The notes under the pieces: generated by a model | Told to the model about the DNA's origin: nothing | Seen by the model: the letters and a program-made list of their open reading frames with translations, nothing else | Databases searched by the model: none | Made by a program: the position numbers and the translations under genes | Shown: positions 39,637 to 50,315 of the stretch, in pieces | How positions within the stretch are numbered: the first letter of the stretch is position 1 | Layout of the letters: the number at the start of each line of letters is the position of its first letter | Source of the DNA: Candidatus Bathyarchaeota archaeon | GTDB lineage: Archaea; Thermoproteota; Bathyarchaeia; Bathyarchaeales; Bathycorpusculaceae | Direction: 5' to 3' | Assembly (NCBI GenBank): GCA_963827165.1 | Contig: CAWGZR010000005.1 | Coordinates: forward strand, 128,001 to 192,000 | DNA length: 64,000 bases

Positions 39637-40916
39637 GAATCTGGAAATCAGAATCGTTACCAATCGATTGGTCTAAACGACAAACTGCAGATGCAAAAGC
39701 CTCACGCGAGTTCCAAGACAAAGTGCAAAATGTTATAACACGAGTAAGAGAAAACGGCGATGAAGGCTTGCTTGCGTGCATAAGCGACTTTGATAAGTGT
39801 TCATTAACAAAAAAGACCCTCGTAGTCAGAAAAGAAGAAATTAAGGAGGCTTATACGAAAACCAGCAAAGAACAATTATGCGCTCTACAATTCATGAAAG
39901 AAAGAGTCAATGCCTTCCAAAAGCAACTGCTCACCAAAACCGAGATCAACACTTCAAGCGATGGAATATGTGTTCAGACAGTTATGCGCCCAATCGAAAG
40001 CGTAGGCTGCTATATTCCAGGAGGACAAGCCGCTTACCCAAGCACCCTTGTGATGACAGCGGTTCCAGCCAAAGTAGCAGGGGTTCCAAGGATAGTCGTT
40101 TGCTCACCATCAGACACAAGAGGCAAAGTAAACCCGCTCGTTCTGGTAGCCGCAGATATCTGCGGAGTTGATGAGATTTACAAGGTTGGAGGAGCTCAAG
40201 CTATAGCAGCTTTAGCTTACGGGACAAAAACCATAAAATCTGTACGAAAAATTGTCGGTCCAGGCAGCAGATACGTAACAGTGGCGAAGGTGCTGGTTTC
40301 AACAGATGTTGCGATTGACATGCCTGCCGGTCCAAGTGAAGTGCTGGTTTTGGCTGATGAGTCGGCTGACGCGCGTTTCGTCGCTTTTGATATGGTTTCT
40401 CAAGCTGAGCATGGCGGAGACAGCGTCGCTGGACTAATAACGACTTCAGAGAAGGTAGCTTCACAAGTTCAACAGAATCTGGTAACGGTTGCCGCTTCAG
40501 CTGAAAGGAGCGACAAAATCCAAGAGGCACTAGCCAAATACGGCTTCATAATAGTCTGCAAAACCATGAACGAGGCAATCGGCTTAGTTAATCAGTTTGC
40601 TCCCGAACACTTAGAAGTGATGGTTGCCAAGCCCAAAGAAATCGCTGAGAAACTCACCGCAGGCCTAATACTTTTAGGACCGTACAGCCCAGTTGCCCTA
40701 AGCGATTACGCCAGCGGAACCAACCATGTTCTGCCAACAGGAGGCTTCGCTCAGTCGTTTTCAGGCTTATCTGTTATGGACTTTATGCGGCGAGTAAGTA
40801 TAGTTGAGAGCTCGAGGACAGGCTTGGAGCGGGTAAAAGACAGCGTAAAGGTTATGGCGGAAGCGGAAAATCTTCCTAATCACTTCAAAGCGATAGAGGC
40901 AAGGTTTCAAAAATGA
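39615..40916 (+). CDS. hisD: Histidinol dehydrogenase
   Basis: GCYIPGG, GGAQAIAALAYGT, IDMPAGPSE, SQAEH, APEHL, DYASGTNHVLPT. Confidence 0.95.
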   Translation: MQEQNPVRIWKSESLPIDWSKRQTADAKASREFQDKVQNVITRVRENGDEGLLACISDFDKCSLTKKTLVVRKEEIKEAYTKTSKEQLCALQFMKERVNAFQKQLLTKTEINTSSDGICVQTVMRPIESVGCYIPGGQAAYPSTLVMTAVPAKVAGVPRIVVCSPSDTRGKVNPLVLVAADICGVDEIYKVGGAQAIAALAYGTKTIKSVRKIVGPGSRYVTVAKVLVSTDVAIDMPAGPSEVLVLADESADARFVAFDMVSQAEHGGDSVAGLITTSEKVASQVQQNLVTVAASAERSDKIQEALAKYGFIIVCKTMNEAIGLVNQFAPEHLEVMVAKPKEIAEKLTAGLILLGPYSPVALSDYASGTNHVLPTGGFAQSFSGLSVMDFMRRVSIVESSRTGLERVKDSVKVMAEAENLPNHFKAIEARFQK

Positions 40917-42031
40917 GTGCATCGTATCGGAAATGGCTAAAAGATAAAATTGAGAGGCTTCAAGAAATGAATTGTTATTCTGCGGGAGCCACGCCTGAAA
41001 CGGTAGCGAAGCAAATAGGGGTCTCCCCAGCGGAAATTGTGAAGCTGAATTTTAACGAGAGCCTGTTCGTTGACAGAGCAAGGCAGACGGAATTAGTCAA
41101 GGAGTTAGCGGACGAATTGGACTTGCGCCTTTACCCCGAGGATGAAGTACCCAAGTTTCTTGAAAAGCTTACACGTTACATTGGAGTCCCAGAGAACTTT
41201 CTTGTTGTTGGCAACGGAGGGGACGAATTAATAGATCGCTTGGTAAGGTTGTTTGTGGAGAAGGAAGAAGTTACACTTTCTTTTGCACCAACGTTCAGCA
41301 TCCCAAGGCTATGTGTTAAGCGTCAGGGTGGTGACTACGTGGCGGTGCCGCTTTTGAGCAACCTGCAACTTGATGTTAAAGGGCTCCTAGCCCAGTTCAG
41401 CGATAAAACTAGGTTACTGTACCTTTGCTCACCTAACAACCCGACTTCAACTCAATTCAAAATTGAAGAAATTGAGACTTTAGCCAAAGCCTTTCAAGGC
41501 ATAGTCATCTTAGACGAAGCTTATGTTGAGTTTGCTGATTACTCGTTTGTGCCACGGATACGGGAATTCCAGAACATGATAATTCTGCGAACATTCTCCA
41601 AAGCCTTCGGATTAGCAGCGCTCCGGCTTGGTTACGCCGTTGCAAATCCCGAGTTGGCGAAGATCTTGAAAGAAAAAGCGCCGTTGCCCTATCCAGTTAG
41701 CGGTTTTACGCTGCGGATGGGCGGCAAAATGCTGGACAATATTGATTTGATGAAGAAATCCGTAAGTGAACTCAAGGAGGAACGGGGAAGGCTGATAAAG
41801 TCACTGAACGAAATAAAAGGAGTGCAAACCTTCGATTCACAAGCCGACTTTCTCTTAGTCAATACGCAAAAACCCGCTGACGAAGTAAACGAGAAACTTC
41901 TCAAACAAGGAATAATGCTAAAGAAGTGGGGCAAAATCCTGCAATACGAAAACTGCTTCCGCGTAACCGTTGGCTTGCCCGAAATGAACGCTAAATTAAT
42001 TCGCGCCTTAAAAAAAATTCAAAGTGATTAA
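40913..42031 (+). CDS. hisC: Histidinol-phosphate aminotransferase
   Basis: KLNFNE, GNGGDE, PNNPT, DEAY, RTFSKAFGLAALRLGY. Confidence 0.93.
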   Translation: MSASYRKWLKDKIERLQEMNCYSAGATPETVAKQIGVSPAEIVKLNFNESLFVDRARQTELVKELADELDLRLYPEDEVPKFLEKLTRYIGVPENFLVVGNGGDELIDRLVRLFVEKEEVTLSFAPTFSIPRLCVKRQGGDYVAVPLLSNLQLDVKGLLAQFSDKTRLLYLCSPNNPTSTQFKIEEIETLAKAFQGIVILDEAYVEFADYSFVPRIREFQNMIILRTFSKAFGLAALRLGYAVANPELAKILKEKAPLPYPVSGFTLRMGGKMLDNIDLMKKSVSELKEERGRLIKSLNEIKGVQTFDSQADFLLVNTQKPADEVNEKLLKQGIMLKKWGKILQYENCFRVTVGLPEMNAKLIRALKKIQSD

Positions 42032-42033
42032 AG

Positions 42034-42609
42034 ATGAGGACAGAAGAAGTTTACCGCAAAACCAAAGAAACCGAAGTTCAAGTAAAAGTGAACCTCGACG
42101 GCGAAGGAAAAGCAAGTGTAGCCACCTGCGTACCTTTCCTCGACCATATGTTGACTTCCCTTGCAACCCACAGCCTAATCGACATCACGGCTTCTGTTAA
42201 AGGCGATTTGGTTCATCACTGCGTCGAAGACTTAGCCATTGGTCTTGGTGAAGCGCTAAACAAAGCGTTAGGCACAAGGGAAGGCATCACACGCTTCGGC
42301 AACGCAGCGGCGCCGATGGATTGCTCATTGGCGTTTGCAGCTGTAGACCTTGTGAAACGTCCCTACTTCAAGATTGACCTCAAACTCAAAGGCAAAAAAG
42401 TCGAGAACATGCCCACAGAAGACATCGTTCACTTCTTCGAATCTTTCGCCACCTCACTTGGATCAAACGTTCACGTCTACGTCGAATACGGTAGCAATGA
42501 CCACCACAAAGCAGAAGCCGCCACCAAAGCCCTCGCCCTATCCCTTCGTCAAGCGGTCGCGAGAGATCCGAGACGCAAAGGCGTACCCAGTTCAAAAGGA
42601 GTCATCTAG
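42034..42609 (+). CDS. hisB: Imidazoleglycerol-phosphate dehydratase
   Basis: RKTKET, FLDHML, HHCVED, NDHHKAEA, PSSKG. Confidence 0.95.
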   Translation: MRTEEVYRKTKETEVQVKVNLDGEGKASVATCVPFLDHMLTSLATHSLIDITASVKGDLVHHCVEDLAIGLGEALNKALGTREGITRFGNAAAPMDCSLAFAAVDLVKRPYFKIDLKLKGKKVENMPTEDIVHFFESFATSLGSNVHVYVEYGSNDHHKAEAATKALALSLRQAVARDPRRKGVPSSKGVI

Positions 42610-42611
42610 GC

Positions 42612-43217
42612 GTGGCGAAAGCAGTAATCTTCGATTATGGCGTCGGCAACCTGCTTAGCCTGAAAACGGCTCTGGAAAAGGCAGGGTTAGATGCGGTGAT
42701 CGGCACTTCAGCTAAGGATTTAGCCGATGCTGATGCTCTCGCTTTGCCGGGAGTTGGAGCGTTTTCGCCAGCAGCGAAGAAGCTGGAATCAGTCAAGGAA
42801 ACGCTTAGAAACAAGATCGAAGCGGGTACGCCGCTAATCGGCATTTGCCTTGGCCTGCAACTTTTCTTTGAAGCCAGCGAAGAAGGACCTGGAAAAGGCT
42901 TAACGCTCTTCAAAGGCAAAACAGTTCAGTTGCCAAGCACAGTTAAGGTTCCGCATATGGGTTGGAACACACTCAACTTCGTGAAGCAAAATGAGCTTTT
43001 CGATGGCATAGCAGAAGGCGCCTACGTTTACTTTGTGCACTCGCTCTACCCAGTTCCTGTTGACAAAAACATAGTGGTATCGCAGACCGAGTACGGCACA
43101 AAGTTCACTTCAGCGGTGGCCTGCAAAAACATCTATGGGACTCAGTTCCACCCAGAAAAATCAGGCGACCTCGGCTTACAAATCCTCAAAAATTTTGCTA
43201 AAACGGTGGTCAGGTGA
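42612..43217 (+). CDS. hisH: IGP synthase glutaminase subunit
   Basis: DYGVGNL, LPGVGAF, GICLGLQ, PHMGWN, QFHPEKSG. Confidence 0.95.
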   Translation: MAKAVIFDYGVGNLLSLKTALEKAGLDAVIGTSAKDLADADALALPGVGAFSPAAKKLESVKETLRNKIEAGTPLIGICLGLQLFFEASEEGPGKGLTLFKGKTVQLPSTVKVPHMGWNTLNFVKQNELFDGIAEGAYVYFVHSLYPVPVDKNIVVSQTEYGTKFTSAVACKNIYGTQFHPEKSGDLGLQILKNFAKTVVR

Positions 43218-43223
43218 ACAATA

Positions 43224-43949
43224 ATGAAGTTGATTCCAGCTATAGATTTGATGAGTGGAAAAATAGTTCGCCTTACGCGGGGCGAAGCGAAAACCGCCAA
43301 GTTCTATGACACAGAATTCGGAAAACCAGTTGAAGCCGCGAAGCGTTGGCAAGATGAAGGTGCGGGCAAATTGCACATTATCGATTTGGACGCAGCTTTC
43401 GGACTTGGGAACAACCACGGCGTCATTGCCGAGATAGCTAAAGATGTCAAGTTACCCATCCAGGTTGGCGGCGGGATACGCAGCTATGAAACAGCTGAAA
43501 AGCTTTTTCAAACAGGCATAACTCAAGTTATACTAGGTGCTTTGGCTTTTAGTGACCCTTCAGCCATAAGCAAAATCCAAAGAAAATTTGGGATGGACTC
43601 AGTTATCGTTGCTCTGGACAACAAAGATGGGCGCATATTGGTTGAAGGCTGGAAAACAGACACGGCCATGACCGTGGATGAAGCACTTGAGAAATACACC
43701 ACCCTGGGGGTTCGGAACTTTCTAATAACTTCGATAGCCCAAGACGGCATGCTTACTGGTCCAGACCTGCAAACTCTAAGTCAAGCCACCCTTTACCCAA
43801 ACGCCAAAATCGTTGCGGCAGGCGGAATCGGTAGCATAGGAGATTTGGCAGCTCTCAAAGACATCGGGGTTGAAGGCACCGTCATCGGAAAAGCCCTTTA
43901 TGAATGCAGATTCACACTAAGAGAAGCCATACAAAAAATAGGAGCCTAA
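43224..43949 (+). CDS. hisA: ProFAR isomerase
   Basis: IPAIDL..G..VRL, HIIDLDAA, QVGGGIR, DGMLTGPD, GKALYE. Confidence 0.95.
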   Translation: MKLIPAIDLMSGKIVRLTRGEAKTAKFYDTEFGKPVEAAKRWQDEGAGKLHIIDLDAAFGLGNNHGVIAEIAKDVKLPIQVGGGIRSYETAEKLFQTGITQVILGALAFSDPSAISKIQRKFGMDSVIVALDNKDGRILVEGWKTDTAMTVDEALEKYTTLGVRNFLITSIAQDGMLTGPDLQTLSQATLYPNAKIVAAGGIGSIGDLAALKDIGVEGTVIGKALYECRFTLREAIQKIGA

Positions 43950-43951
43950 AA

Positions 43952-44755
43952 ATGCCGTTAGCCAAACGAATCATACCTTGCCTTGACGTTGACCATGGGA
44001 AAGTGGTGAAATGCATCAACTTCGTCAACCCTAAGCGAGCGGGCGACCCGGTTGAAATGGCTAAACGATACAGTGACGATGGGGCCGACGAACTGGTTTT
44101 TCTGGATATAACCGCATCCTCGGAAAAACGCGACATTTTACGTGGGGTTGTTGAAGGCGTCGCAAAAGCAATCAGCATTCCCTTCACCGTTGGCGGCGGG
44201 ATACGAAACGTCTCAGATGCAAGGCTTGTTTTATGCAGTGGCGCCGATAAAGTTTCAGTCAACACTGCCGCAGTCGAAAACCCTAAATTGATAACCGAGT
44301 TAGCCGACGTTTTTGGCAGGCAATGCGTAGTTTGCGCCATTGATGCAAAAAGGAACCACACGGCAAGCGACGGCAAAATCATGGTAGCCACGGTAGATGG
44401 AAAAGTTTGGTTTGAGGTGGTTACTTATGGCGGCAGGAGACCCACTGGAATCGACGCGTTGGCATGGGCATTGCAGGCTGAGAGGCTTGGGGCGGGCGAG
44501 TTTCTCGTGACTTCGATGGATCGGGACGGTACGAAAGACGGCTACGACATTGAGTTAACCCGTTCCATCTCAGAGCGCGTCAATGTCCCAATCATCGCAA
44601 GCGGCGGAGCAGGAACACCACAGCACCTCCTAGAAGTCCTCACCGAGGGCAAAGCAGACGCCGCATTGGCAGCTTCCATCTTCCACTACAACCAATACCC
44701 AGTTCCAATCGTGAAAGATTACCTGCGTAAAGCGGGGGTGATAATTAGACAATGA
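43952..44755 (+). CDS. hisF: IGP synthase cyclase subunit
   Basis: [48 protein letters not shown]; ATG at 43952. Confidence 0.95.
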   Translation: MPLAKRIIPCLDVDHGKVVKCINFVNPKRAGDPVEMAKRYSDDGADELVFLDITASSEKRDILRGVVEGVAKAISIPFTVGGGIRNVSDARLVLCSGADKVSVNTAAVENPKLITELADVFGRQCVVCAIDAKRNHTASDGKIMVATVDGKVWFEVVTYGGRRPTGIDALAWALQAERLGAGEFLVTSMDRDGTKDGYDIELTRSISERVNVPIIASGGAGTPQHLLEVLTEGKADAALAASIFHYNQYPVPIVKDYLRKAGVIIRQ

Positions 44756-45087
44756 CAACAAATCAAGAACTACTTGACAAATTGGATTTCAAAAAAGGCA
44801 ACGGCCTTATCCCAGTTGTGGTACAGGACGCAAAAACCAAAGAAGTTCTCATGCAAGCTTATGCAAACAGAGCGGCCGTCGAACTCACAATCAAAACCTG
44901 CAAAGCAACATACTGGAGTCGCTCACGTAACGAACTCTGGGTGAAAGGCGAAACCTCGGGGCACACTCAAAAAGTCATCTCCGTCTCAACCGACTGCGAC
45001 TATGACTCGCTACTCTACGTGGTCGAACAGACAGGACCCGCCTGCCACACGGGAGAATACAGCTGCTTCTACAACAAAATGCTCTAA
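44752..45087 (+). CDS. hisI: Phosphoribosyl-AMP cyclohydrolase (monofunctional)
   Basis: [29 protein letters not shown]. Confidence 0.95.
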   Translation: MTTNQELLDKLDFKKGNGLIPVVVQDAKTKEVLMQAYANRAAVELTIKTCKATYWSRSRNELWVKGETSGHTQKVISVSTDCDYDSLLYVVEQTGPACHTGEYSCFYNKML

Positions 45088-45102
45088 CGCCTTTCTTAAT
45101 TC

Positions 45103-45450
45103 TTATTTTAGCCTTAAACCAAGAGCTTTTAGCCTAAGAAAATGCGCATCTTTGGTCTCCAGAATCAAGTTGTGCGCCATGGCTGTAGCGGCAATTATTA
45201 GGTCGGCGTCAGGTAACAAGTTGCCCTTTTCTTTTAATTTACGATAAATTTGGCAATAGGCTTCAATTATGCTGTTGTCTAAGTTTAGAACCGAAAAACT
45301 TTCCTCGAGCAACTGCCTTATTTGAAGTCTCTTTTTATCCTCTATACCTCTCAGTACTTCAATAATAGTTATCGAAGAAATTAATGCTGGAGCATAATTG
45401 TCTTTTTTCAGTTTGTCGATAACTATGTCCGTGTCTAAGAGATTGACCGT
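45103..45450 (-). CDS. vapC: VapC/PIN toxin lacking a canonical start codon
   Basis: Frame extends upstream of the track ORF: (T)VNLLDTDIVID...SITIIEVLRG...DADLIIAATA...TKDAHF; in-frame TAG shortly upstream. Confidence 0.75.
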   Translation of the reverse strand, partial: TVNLLDTDIVIDKLKKDNYAPALISSITIIEVLRGIEDKKRLQIRQLLEESFSVLNLDNSIIEAYCQIYRKLKEKGNLLPDADLIIAATAMAHNLILETKDAHFLRLKALGLRLK

Positions 45451-45671
45451 AACTTGAAATTCTCCCTAAATTCCTTGCTCGACTCATGTATGGCTTTTAG
45501 ATCGTCTTCGGTGAGAAGTTGCCTAAGTTCTTCGAAGGCTTTCTTACCTTTAAGTCGCTGCCTCTCAGTGCACATCTCAAGGAGGAATTCCCCCCATTCC
45601 TTCGCCCCTTTTATTTCCTCCAGACGCTTTTTGACCTCAACTGGAACGGAGATTGTGGCATATTTGCTCAA
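45435..45671 (-). CDS. VapB-type antitoxin
   Basis: YATISVPVEVKKRLE..KG..WGEFL; directly upstream of a PIN gene. Confidence 0.8.
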   Translation of the reverse strand: MSKYATISVPVEVKKRLEEIKGAKEWGEFLLEMCTERQRLKGKKAFEELRQLLTEDDLKAIHESSKEFRENFKLRSIS

Positions 45672-45803
45672 ATCTTAACACCATATAACGACATAGCTAC
45701 ATAACTATAAAGGTGTTTTTGCATGTCACTTTGGAAAGGCTCCGTAGCGAGCTCTTGTAGTTAATGCTTTTAAAGAAAACAAGCTTCTAGTGTTTGAGGA
45801 TAA

Positions 45804-46869
45804 GTGGGAGAAATGTCGCTTCATGAAGCCATGCTTTACGAGAAGCAAGATGAAGGCAAAGTGAAATGTTGCCTGTGCGCGAGGCGTTGCCTTATAAGCC
45901 CTGACTCATCGGGATTCTGTCTTGTTAGAAAAAACCAAGGCGGCACCCTTTACACGCTTAACTACGCTAAAGCAGTGTCAGCCGGCGTGGACCCAATTGG
46001 CAAGAAGCCCCTGTCGCACTTTAACCCCGGCGCACTAGTTCTGTCGGTTGCTGCTGCGGGCTGCAATTTCCGTTGCCAATTCTGCGACAACTGGATGATA
46101 AGCCAGGACAAAGAAGTTGCAGGCAGACCGTTTCCGCCTGAGGATGTAGTTAAATCCGCGTTGGACAGCCAATGCCAAGGAATCAGCTACACCTACACGG
46201 AGCCAACCATCTTCATGGAGTACGCCTACGACACCGCGAAGCTCGCGCATCAAGCAGGCTTATTCAACACGTTCGTCACCAATGGCTACATGACGCCCGA
46301 GGCAGTTCGAACAATCTCGCCATACTTGGATGCGGCAACAGTTGATTTCAAGGGCGGCGGCGACCCAGACTTCTACAAGTCAGTTATGGCTGTGCCAAAC
46401 GTCGAGCACATCTACGAAACGCCTAAAAGAACTCAAACTCGGCGGCGTCCATATAGAAATCACAAATCTGGTTGTGCCAAAAATAGGCGATTCAATGGCT
46501 AAAATCATGGACATGGCAACCTGGATTAAAGATTATTTGGGAGCAGACACGCCGTTTCATCTGCTACGTTTTCACCCTGACTACAAGTTGACAACGATTC
46601 CGGCTACAGATGTCAAAGATATGGAGAAAGCCTATGTGGTTGCCAAACACGCCGGCTTAAACTACGTCTACATAGGAAACATCCCAGGCCACCCATCTGA
46701 GAACACTTTTTGCCCAAACTGCAACGAAACCATAATCCGACGCGAGGGCTTTGACATAACCCAGTGGAAACTCACGCCTGACATGCGTTGCCCTGTTTGC
46801 GGACAAGCAATCCCAATAAAAGGCAAACTCTACGAAAACAACCTGCGCTATCCCTACTCAATTTTTTAG
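45804..46869 (+). pseudogene. AmmeMemoRadiSam-type radical SAM enzyme, split by a 1-nt insertion at ~46422
   Basis: CCLCARRC, DPIGKKPL.HF.PG, GCNFRCQFCDNW; GAA ACG CCT AAA AGA would read ETLKE if one C were removed; second frame continues HIEITNLVVP..RFHPDY..YIGN. Confidence 0.85.
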
Positions 46870-46903
46870 AAAATCAACCAACTTGCACTAAGCGACGGCT
46901 TCT

Positions 46904-47641
46904 TTAAATGTGGAGTAGTCCTATGCCTGCCCATTTTTGCTTTGGGTCAGCGATTATTTCGGTGTGGTTGTACTTGTTTTTTATTTCAGCCCAGTATCGG
47001 TCCACTTCGCTCACTCCCAAGTGGTGACCGCAGATGTCGTGAAAACCGATTAATCCGCCTCTGCGAACCAGTGGGCTGTACATTTCAAAGTCCTTTTTGA
47101 CTCCTTCATACGTGTGGTCGCCGTCGATGAAAAGAAAATCCAGCTTTTCTCCCTTAAGAGAGAACTTTGCTTTCGCGAGGTTTGCAGGGCTGTGGGAGTC
47201 GCCTCTCAAAAGGGTCAATACTTGACCTTTCTGGATGAAATTAGCTAAGTAAGAGGTTTTGAACCTGTCGTACCCGCGTTTTATTGATTGTTCACTTGGC
47301 AAATCTAAACTTATCATTTTCGCGTCAGGCAGCAATGTCCAACTGAACAGGAACAGGGTTCCCCCGTTGCGGGTACCGATCTCCATCATCGACTGTACGT
47401 TTCTCTTCCGAAGTATCGACAGCAAAGTAACAATTTCTGCAGGAACCTGCTGCAGGCTAATACTCCAGCCCAACGGCTTTAGCGGCGCAAAAAGATTGGA
47501 GATAACACCTATCAATTCCTCAGTTTTCCGGGATCCCTGAGCACTATTTCTTATAAGAGAACCCGCTGTCTTTCCTAACAACTCGTAAACAAACGGGTAA
47601 TCATGCATCATGTAAATTACATATTTTCCGTAATGAACCAT
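46904..47641 (-). CDS. Class I SAM-dependent methyltransferase (Methyltransf_24-like)
   Basis: MEIGTRNGGT, GDS, DFLFIDGDHTYEGVKKD, GG.I.FHD. Confidence 0.85.
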   Translation of the reverse strand: MVHYGKYVIYMMHDYPFVYELLGKTAGSLIRNSAQGSRKTEELIGVISNLFAPLKPLGWSISLQQVPAEIVTLLSILRKRNVQSMMEIGTRNGGTLFLFSWTLLPDAKMISLDLPSEQSIKRGYDRFKTSYLANFIQKGQVLTLLRGDSHSPANLAKAKFSLKGEKLDFLFIDGDHTYEGVKKDFEMYSPLVRRGGLIGFHDICGHHLGVSEVDRYWAEIKNKYNHTEIIADPKQKWAGIGLLHI

Positions 47642-47799
47642 TTTTCCATAACTGCCTTATCTTGTCGCAACAAGGCTGTTTTCTTGTTTTATTAAGTTTT
47701 AAAATTTTCCTACGTTAGGGGCAAAAAATGATAGCGGGCTACTTACGAACTTTACAATGGAATTTGAGAAGTTGACGGCCGGGTTTTTGAAGGGTTAAG

Positions 47800-48717
47800 A
47801 TGAGACATTTTATTAGGGTTAAGCTGGAAACAGCATCTGTGAAAGTACCTAAATCGATGGCGAAATACTCTGCGCTAGCGGTCTGTACCAGCTACTGGAA
47901 ACCAAAAGAAGACTACGTCTCAAATATAATTGACGCCTTAGACGGGAAACTCGAAAACGGAGATTTCGTGGTCGTCTCTGAAAAAGCGGTGTCAACAGCA
48001 AAAGGCAACATAGCTGATGAAAGCCTCATAAAACCGACTTCAGCCGCCTGTGTTCTTGCGCGTTTTTGGATGCGGATTGCGTGGGGTTACCCTGTTGGAA
48101 TGATCTGCCATTTTGGAGGACGATTACTGTTTAGACTCAGGAATTATCCACTTGAGTCAGGAAGTCGGCACAAGCAGTTGGTGTTGGAGCAAGCGGGCGT
48201 TTTGCAGGCACTTATGTTCGGCTCAGAAGGAGGCATTGACGGATCTAACCTTCCATTCTCGTACGTATCGTTGCCTCTGGAAAACGCTTGTGAAGTCGCT
48301 CAAGAAATCCGTGAGAAGATACTTAAGAATTTGAATGTGCATGTCTGCGTGATAGTTGCTGATACCGACAAGACTTACAGGTTTAGAAATTTCTTTTTTA
48401 CTCCCAGACCAAAACCTCTGAAAGGAATAAAATCCTTCGGCGGCGCCGCAACATACGTTTTGGGCAGAGTTCTCAAGTTCAAGAAAAGTTCAACGCCCTT
48501 ATCTGTCGCTGGATGCAGTCTTCAAGCAAGCCAAGCGTTAACGATAACTAATATAGCTGACAGAGCGAGGGGTGCGGGTTCAGGAGCGACGGTTTGGGAT
48601 ATGGCCTCGCGGTTTCAGGTGGATGTTAGTGGTGTAAGCTGGGAGATGTTGTCTGAAATTAAGCATAAGCCTCTTGTCATAGTGCGAAAAAACCATGTTA
48701 AGAAGATTAATAGATAA
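47800..48717 (+). CDS. CofE-like (F420-0:glutamate ligase family) protein
   Basis: GDFVVVSEKAVSTAKG, GGIDGSN, LPL, VIVADTD, PLVIVR; start may be 47857. Confidence 0.7.
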   Translation: MRHFIRVKLETASVKVPKSMAKYSALAVCTSYWKPKEDYVSNIIDALDGKLENGDFVVVSEKAVSTAKGNIADESLIKPTSAACVLARFWMRIAWGYPVGMICHFGGRLLFRLRNYPLESGSRHKQLVLEQAGVLQALMFGSEGGIDGSNLPFSYVSLPLENACEVAQEIREKILKNLNVHVCVIVADTDKTYRFRNFFFTPRPKPLKGIKSFGGAATYVLGRVLKFKKSSTPLSVAGCSLQASQALTITNIADRARGAGSGATVWDMASRFQVDVSGVSWEMLSEIKHKPLVIVRKNHVKKINR

Positions 48718-48800
48718 GGACAAATAATCTTGTATTAGAATCGTGATTTTTGAAGAGTAACAGATAAAAACAAGACTTTGAAGGCTCATAGCCATACAAG

Positions 48801-50315
48801 GTGACAAGTGACATGGAAGAAGCATTGAAGAAGTTAGATGCTTTCTTTAATCCGCGGACAGTAGCGGTTATTGGAGCCACTAAAAAAGTTGACAAAGCAG
48901 GCCACGTCATATTCAAGAACTTTTCAACAGCGAAACAACGTGGCGTTTTCAAAGGTGAACTTTTTCCGGTTAACCCAAACGAAGACTCGATTTTGGGCTT
49001 CAAATGTTTCAAAAGCCTAAGCGAAGTTCCTGGAGAAGTGGATTTAATCGTCATTATCGTTCCGGCGACAATTGTGCCGAGCGTAATGGAAGAAGCCTGC
49101 GCGAAAAAAGTCAAAGCCTGCGTCATAATTAGCGCTGGTTTTAAGGAAGTTGGGAACGTAGCACTTGAAGAGCAAGTTGTGACTGTCGCTAAGAAAGGCG
49201 GAATACGCGTCTTAGGACCTAACTGCCTCGGAGTTTACTACTCAAAAACGGGAATCGATACCCTTTTCCTACCTGAAACAAAAACCCTCACAACCGGTGA
49301 TGAGGTTGTAGCTACCCCAAGACCAATGCCCGGGAACATCGCGATGATTACCCAAAGCGGCGCCTTCGGATCAGCCGCTCTAGACTTCTTGACAGGTCGC
49401 CAGATGGGTGTAAGCAAATTCGTAAGCTTCGGCAACAAATGCGACGTAGACGAATCAGACATCCTCCACTACCTTCTATACGACAAAGAAACCCATGTGA
49501 CACTCATGTACTTGGAGGACGTTAAGAATGGGCGAGATTTCCTGGAAATAGCCAAAAAAGTGACTCTCAAAAAACCCGTTGTCGTCATCAAAACTGGCCG
49601 GAGCTCCGCAGGTGCTCGAGCCGCAGCGTCCCACACGGGCGCCATAGCCGGATCAGACAAGGTCTACGATGCTGCTTTCGAGCAGAGCGGAGTCATAAGG
49701 GCAAGAGACATGGACGAATTCTTCGGCATGGGAAAAGCCCTTGCAATGCAGCCTCCAGCCGTCGGACGAAACATCGGCATATTGACCGACGCAGGTGGAC
49801 CTGGCGTCATGACAGTGGATGAATGTGAGGCTTTAGGCTTAACCGTTAACAAATTCACCCCCGACATACTTCAAGAGTTCCAGCAGCTCAAAGACCAAAA
49901 CCAAATCCTCAAGATCTCCGCGACATCAAACCCCGTCGACCTTACCGGCTCGGTGACCGACGACCAATTCGTAATCTCAGCGGACGTTATATTTCGGGAT
50001 CCAGAAATCAATGGCATAATCTTGCTCGGGCTCCATCATATGCCTGGACTGCGTGAGAAGTATATTGATGGCATCGTCATGATCTCCGGAAGATACAACA
50101 AACCCATCGTAATGTGCGATATTGGCGAAACAGAAATGGCGCTCTACACCCGCTCAAGGTTCGACAGACTAAGCGTTCCAGCATACTCTTCGCCTGAGGC
50201 TGCTGCCCGAGCGATGAAGGCGCTGGTGACATACGGCGAATACCTAAAGAAGTACGACGCTGCAGACGAACGCATCGCATTCGTAAAAAAGAACTGCAAC
50301 GCAGTCACACAATGA
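48801..50315 (+). CDS. acdA: Acetate/acyl-CoA ligase (ADP-forming) alpha subunit
   Basis: AVIGA, SAGFKE, GPNCLG, QSGA, SFGNKCD, ASHTGAIAG phospho-His motif, NPVDLTG. Confidence 0.9.
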   Translation: MTSDMEEALKKLDAFFNPRTVAVIGATKKVDKAGHVIFKNFSTAKQRGVFKGELFPVNPNEDSILGFKCFKSLSEVPGEVDLIVIIVPATIVPSVMEEACAKKVKACVIISAGFKEVGNVALEEQVVTVAKKGGIRVLGPNCLGVYYSKTGIDTLFLPETKTLTTGDEVVATPRPMPGNIAMITQSGAFGSAALDFLTGRQMGVSKFVSFGNKCDVDESDILHYLLYDKETHVTLMYLEDVKNGRDFLEIAKKVTLKKPVVVIKTGRSSAGARAAASHTGAIAGSDKVYDAAFEQSGVIRARDMDEFFGMGKALAMQPPAVGRNIGILTDAGGPGVMTVDECEALGLTVNKFTPDILQEFQQLKDQNQILKISATSNPVDLTGSVTDDQFVISADVIFRDPEINGIILLGLHHMPGLREKYIDGIVMISGRYNKPIVMCDIGETEMALYTRSRFDRLSVPAYSSPEAAARAMKALVTYGEYLKKYDAADERIAFVKKNCNAVTQ

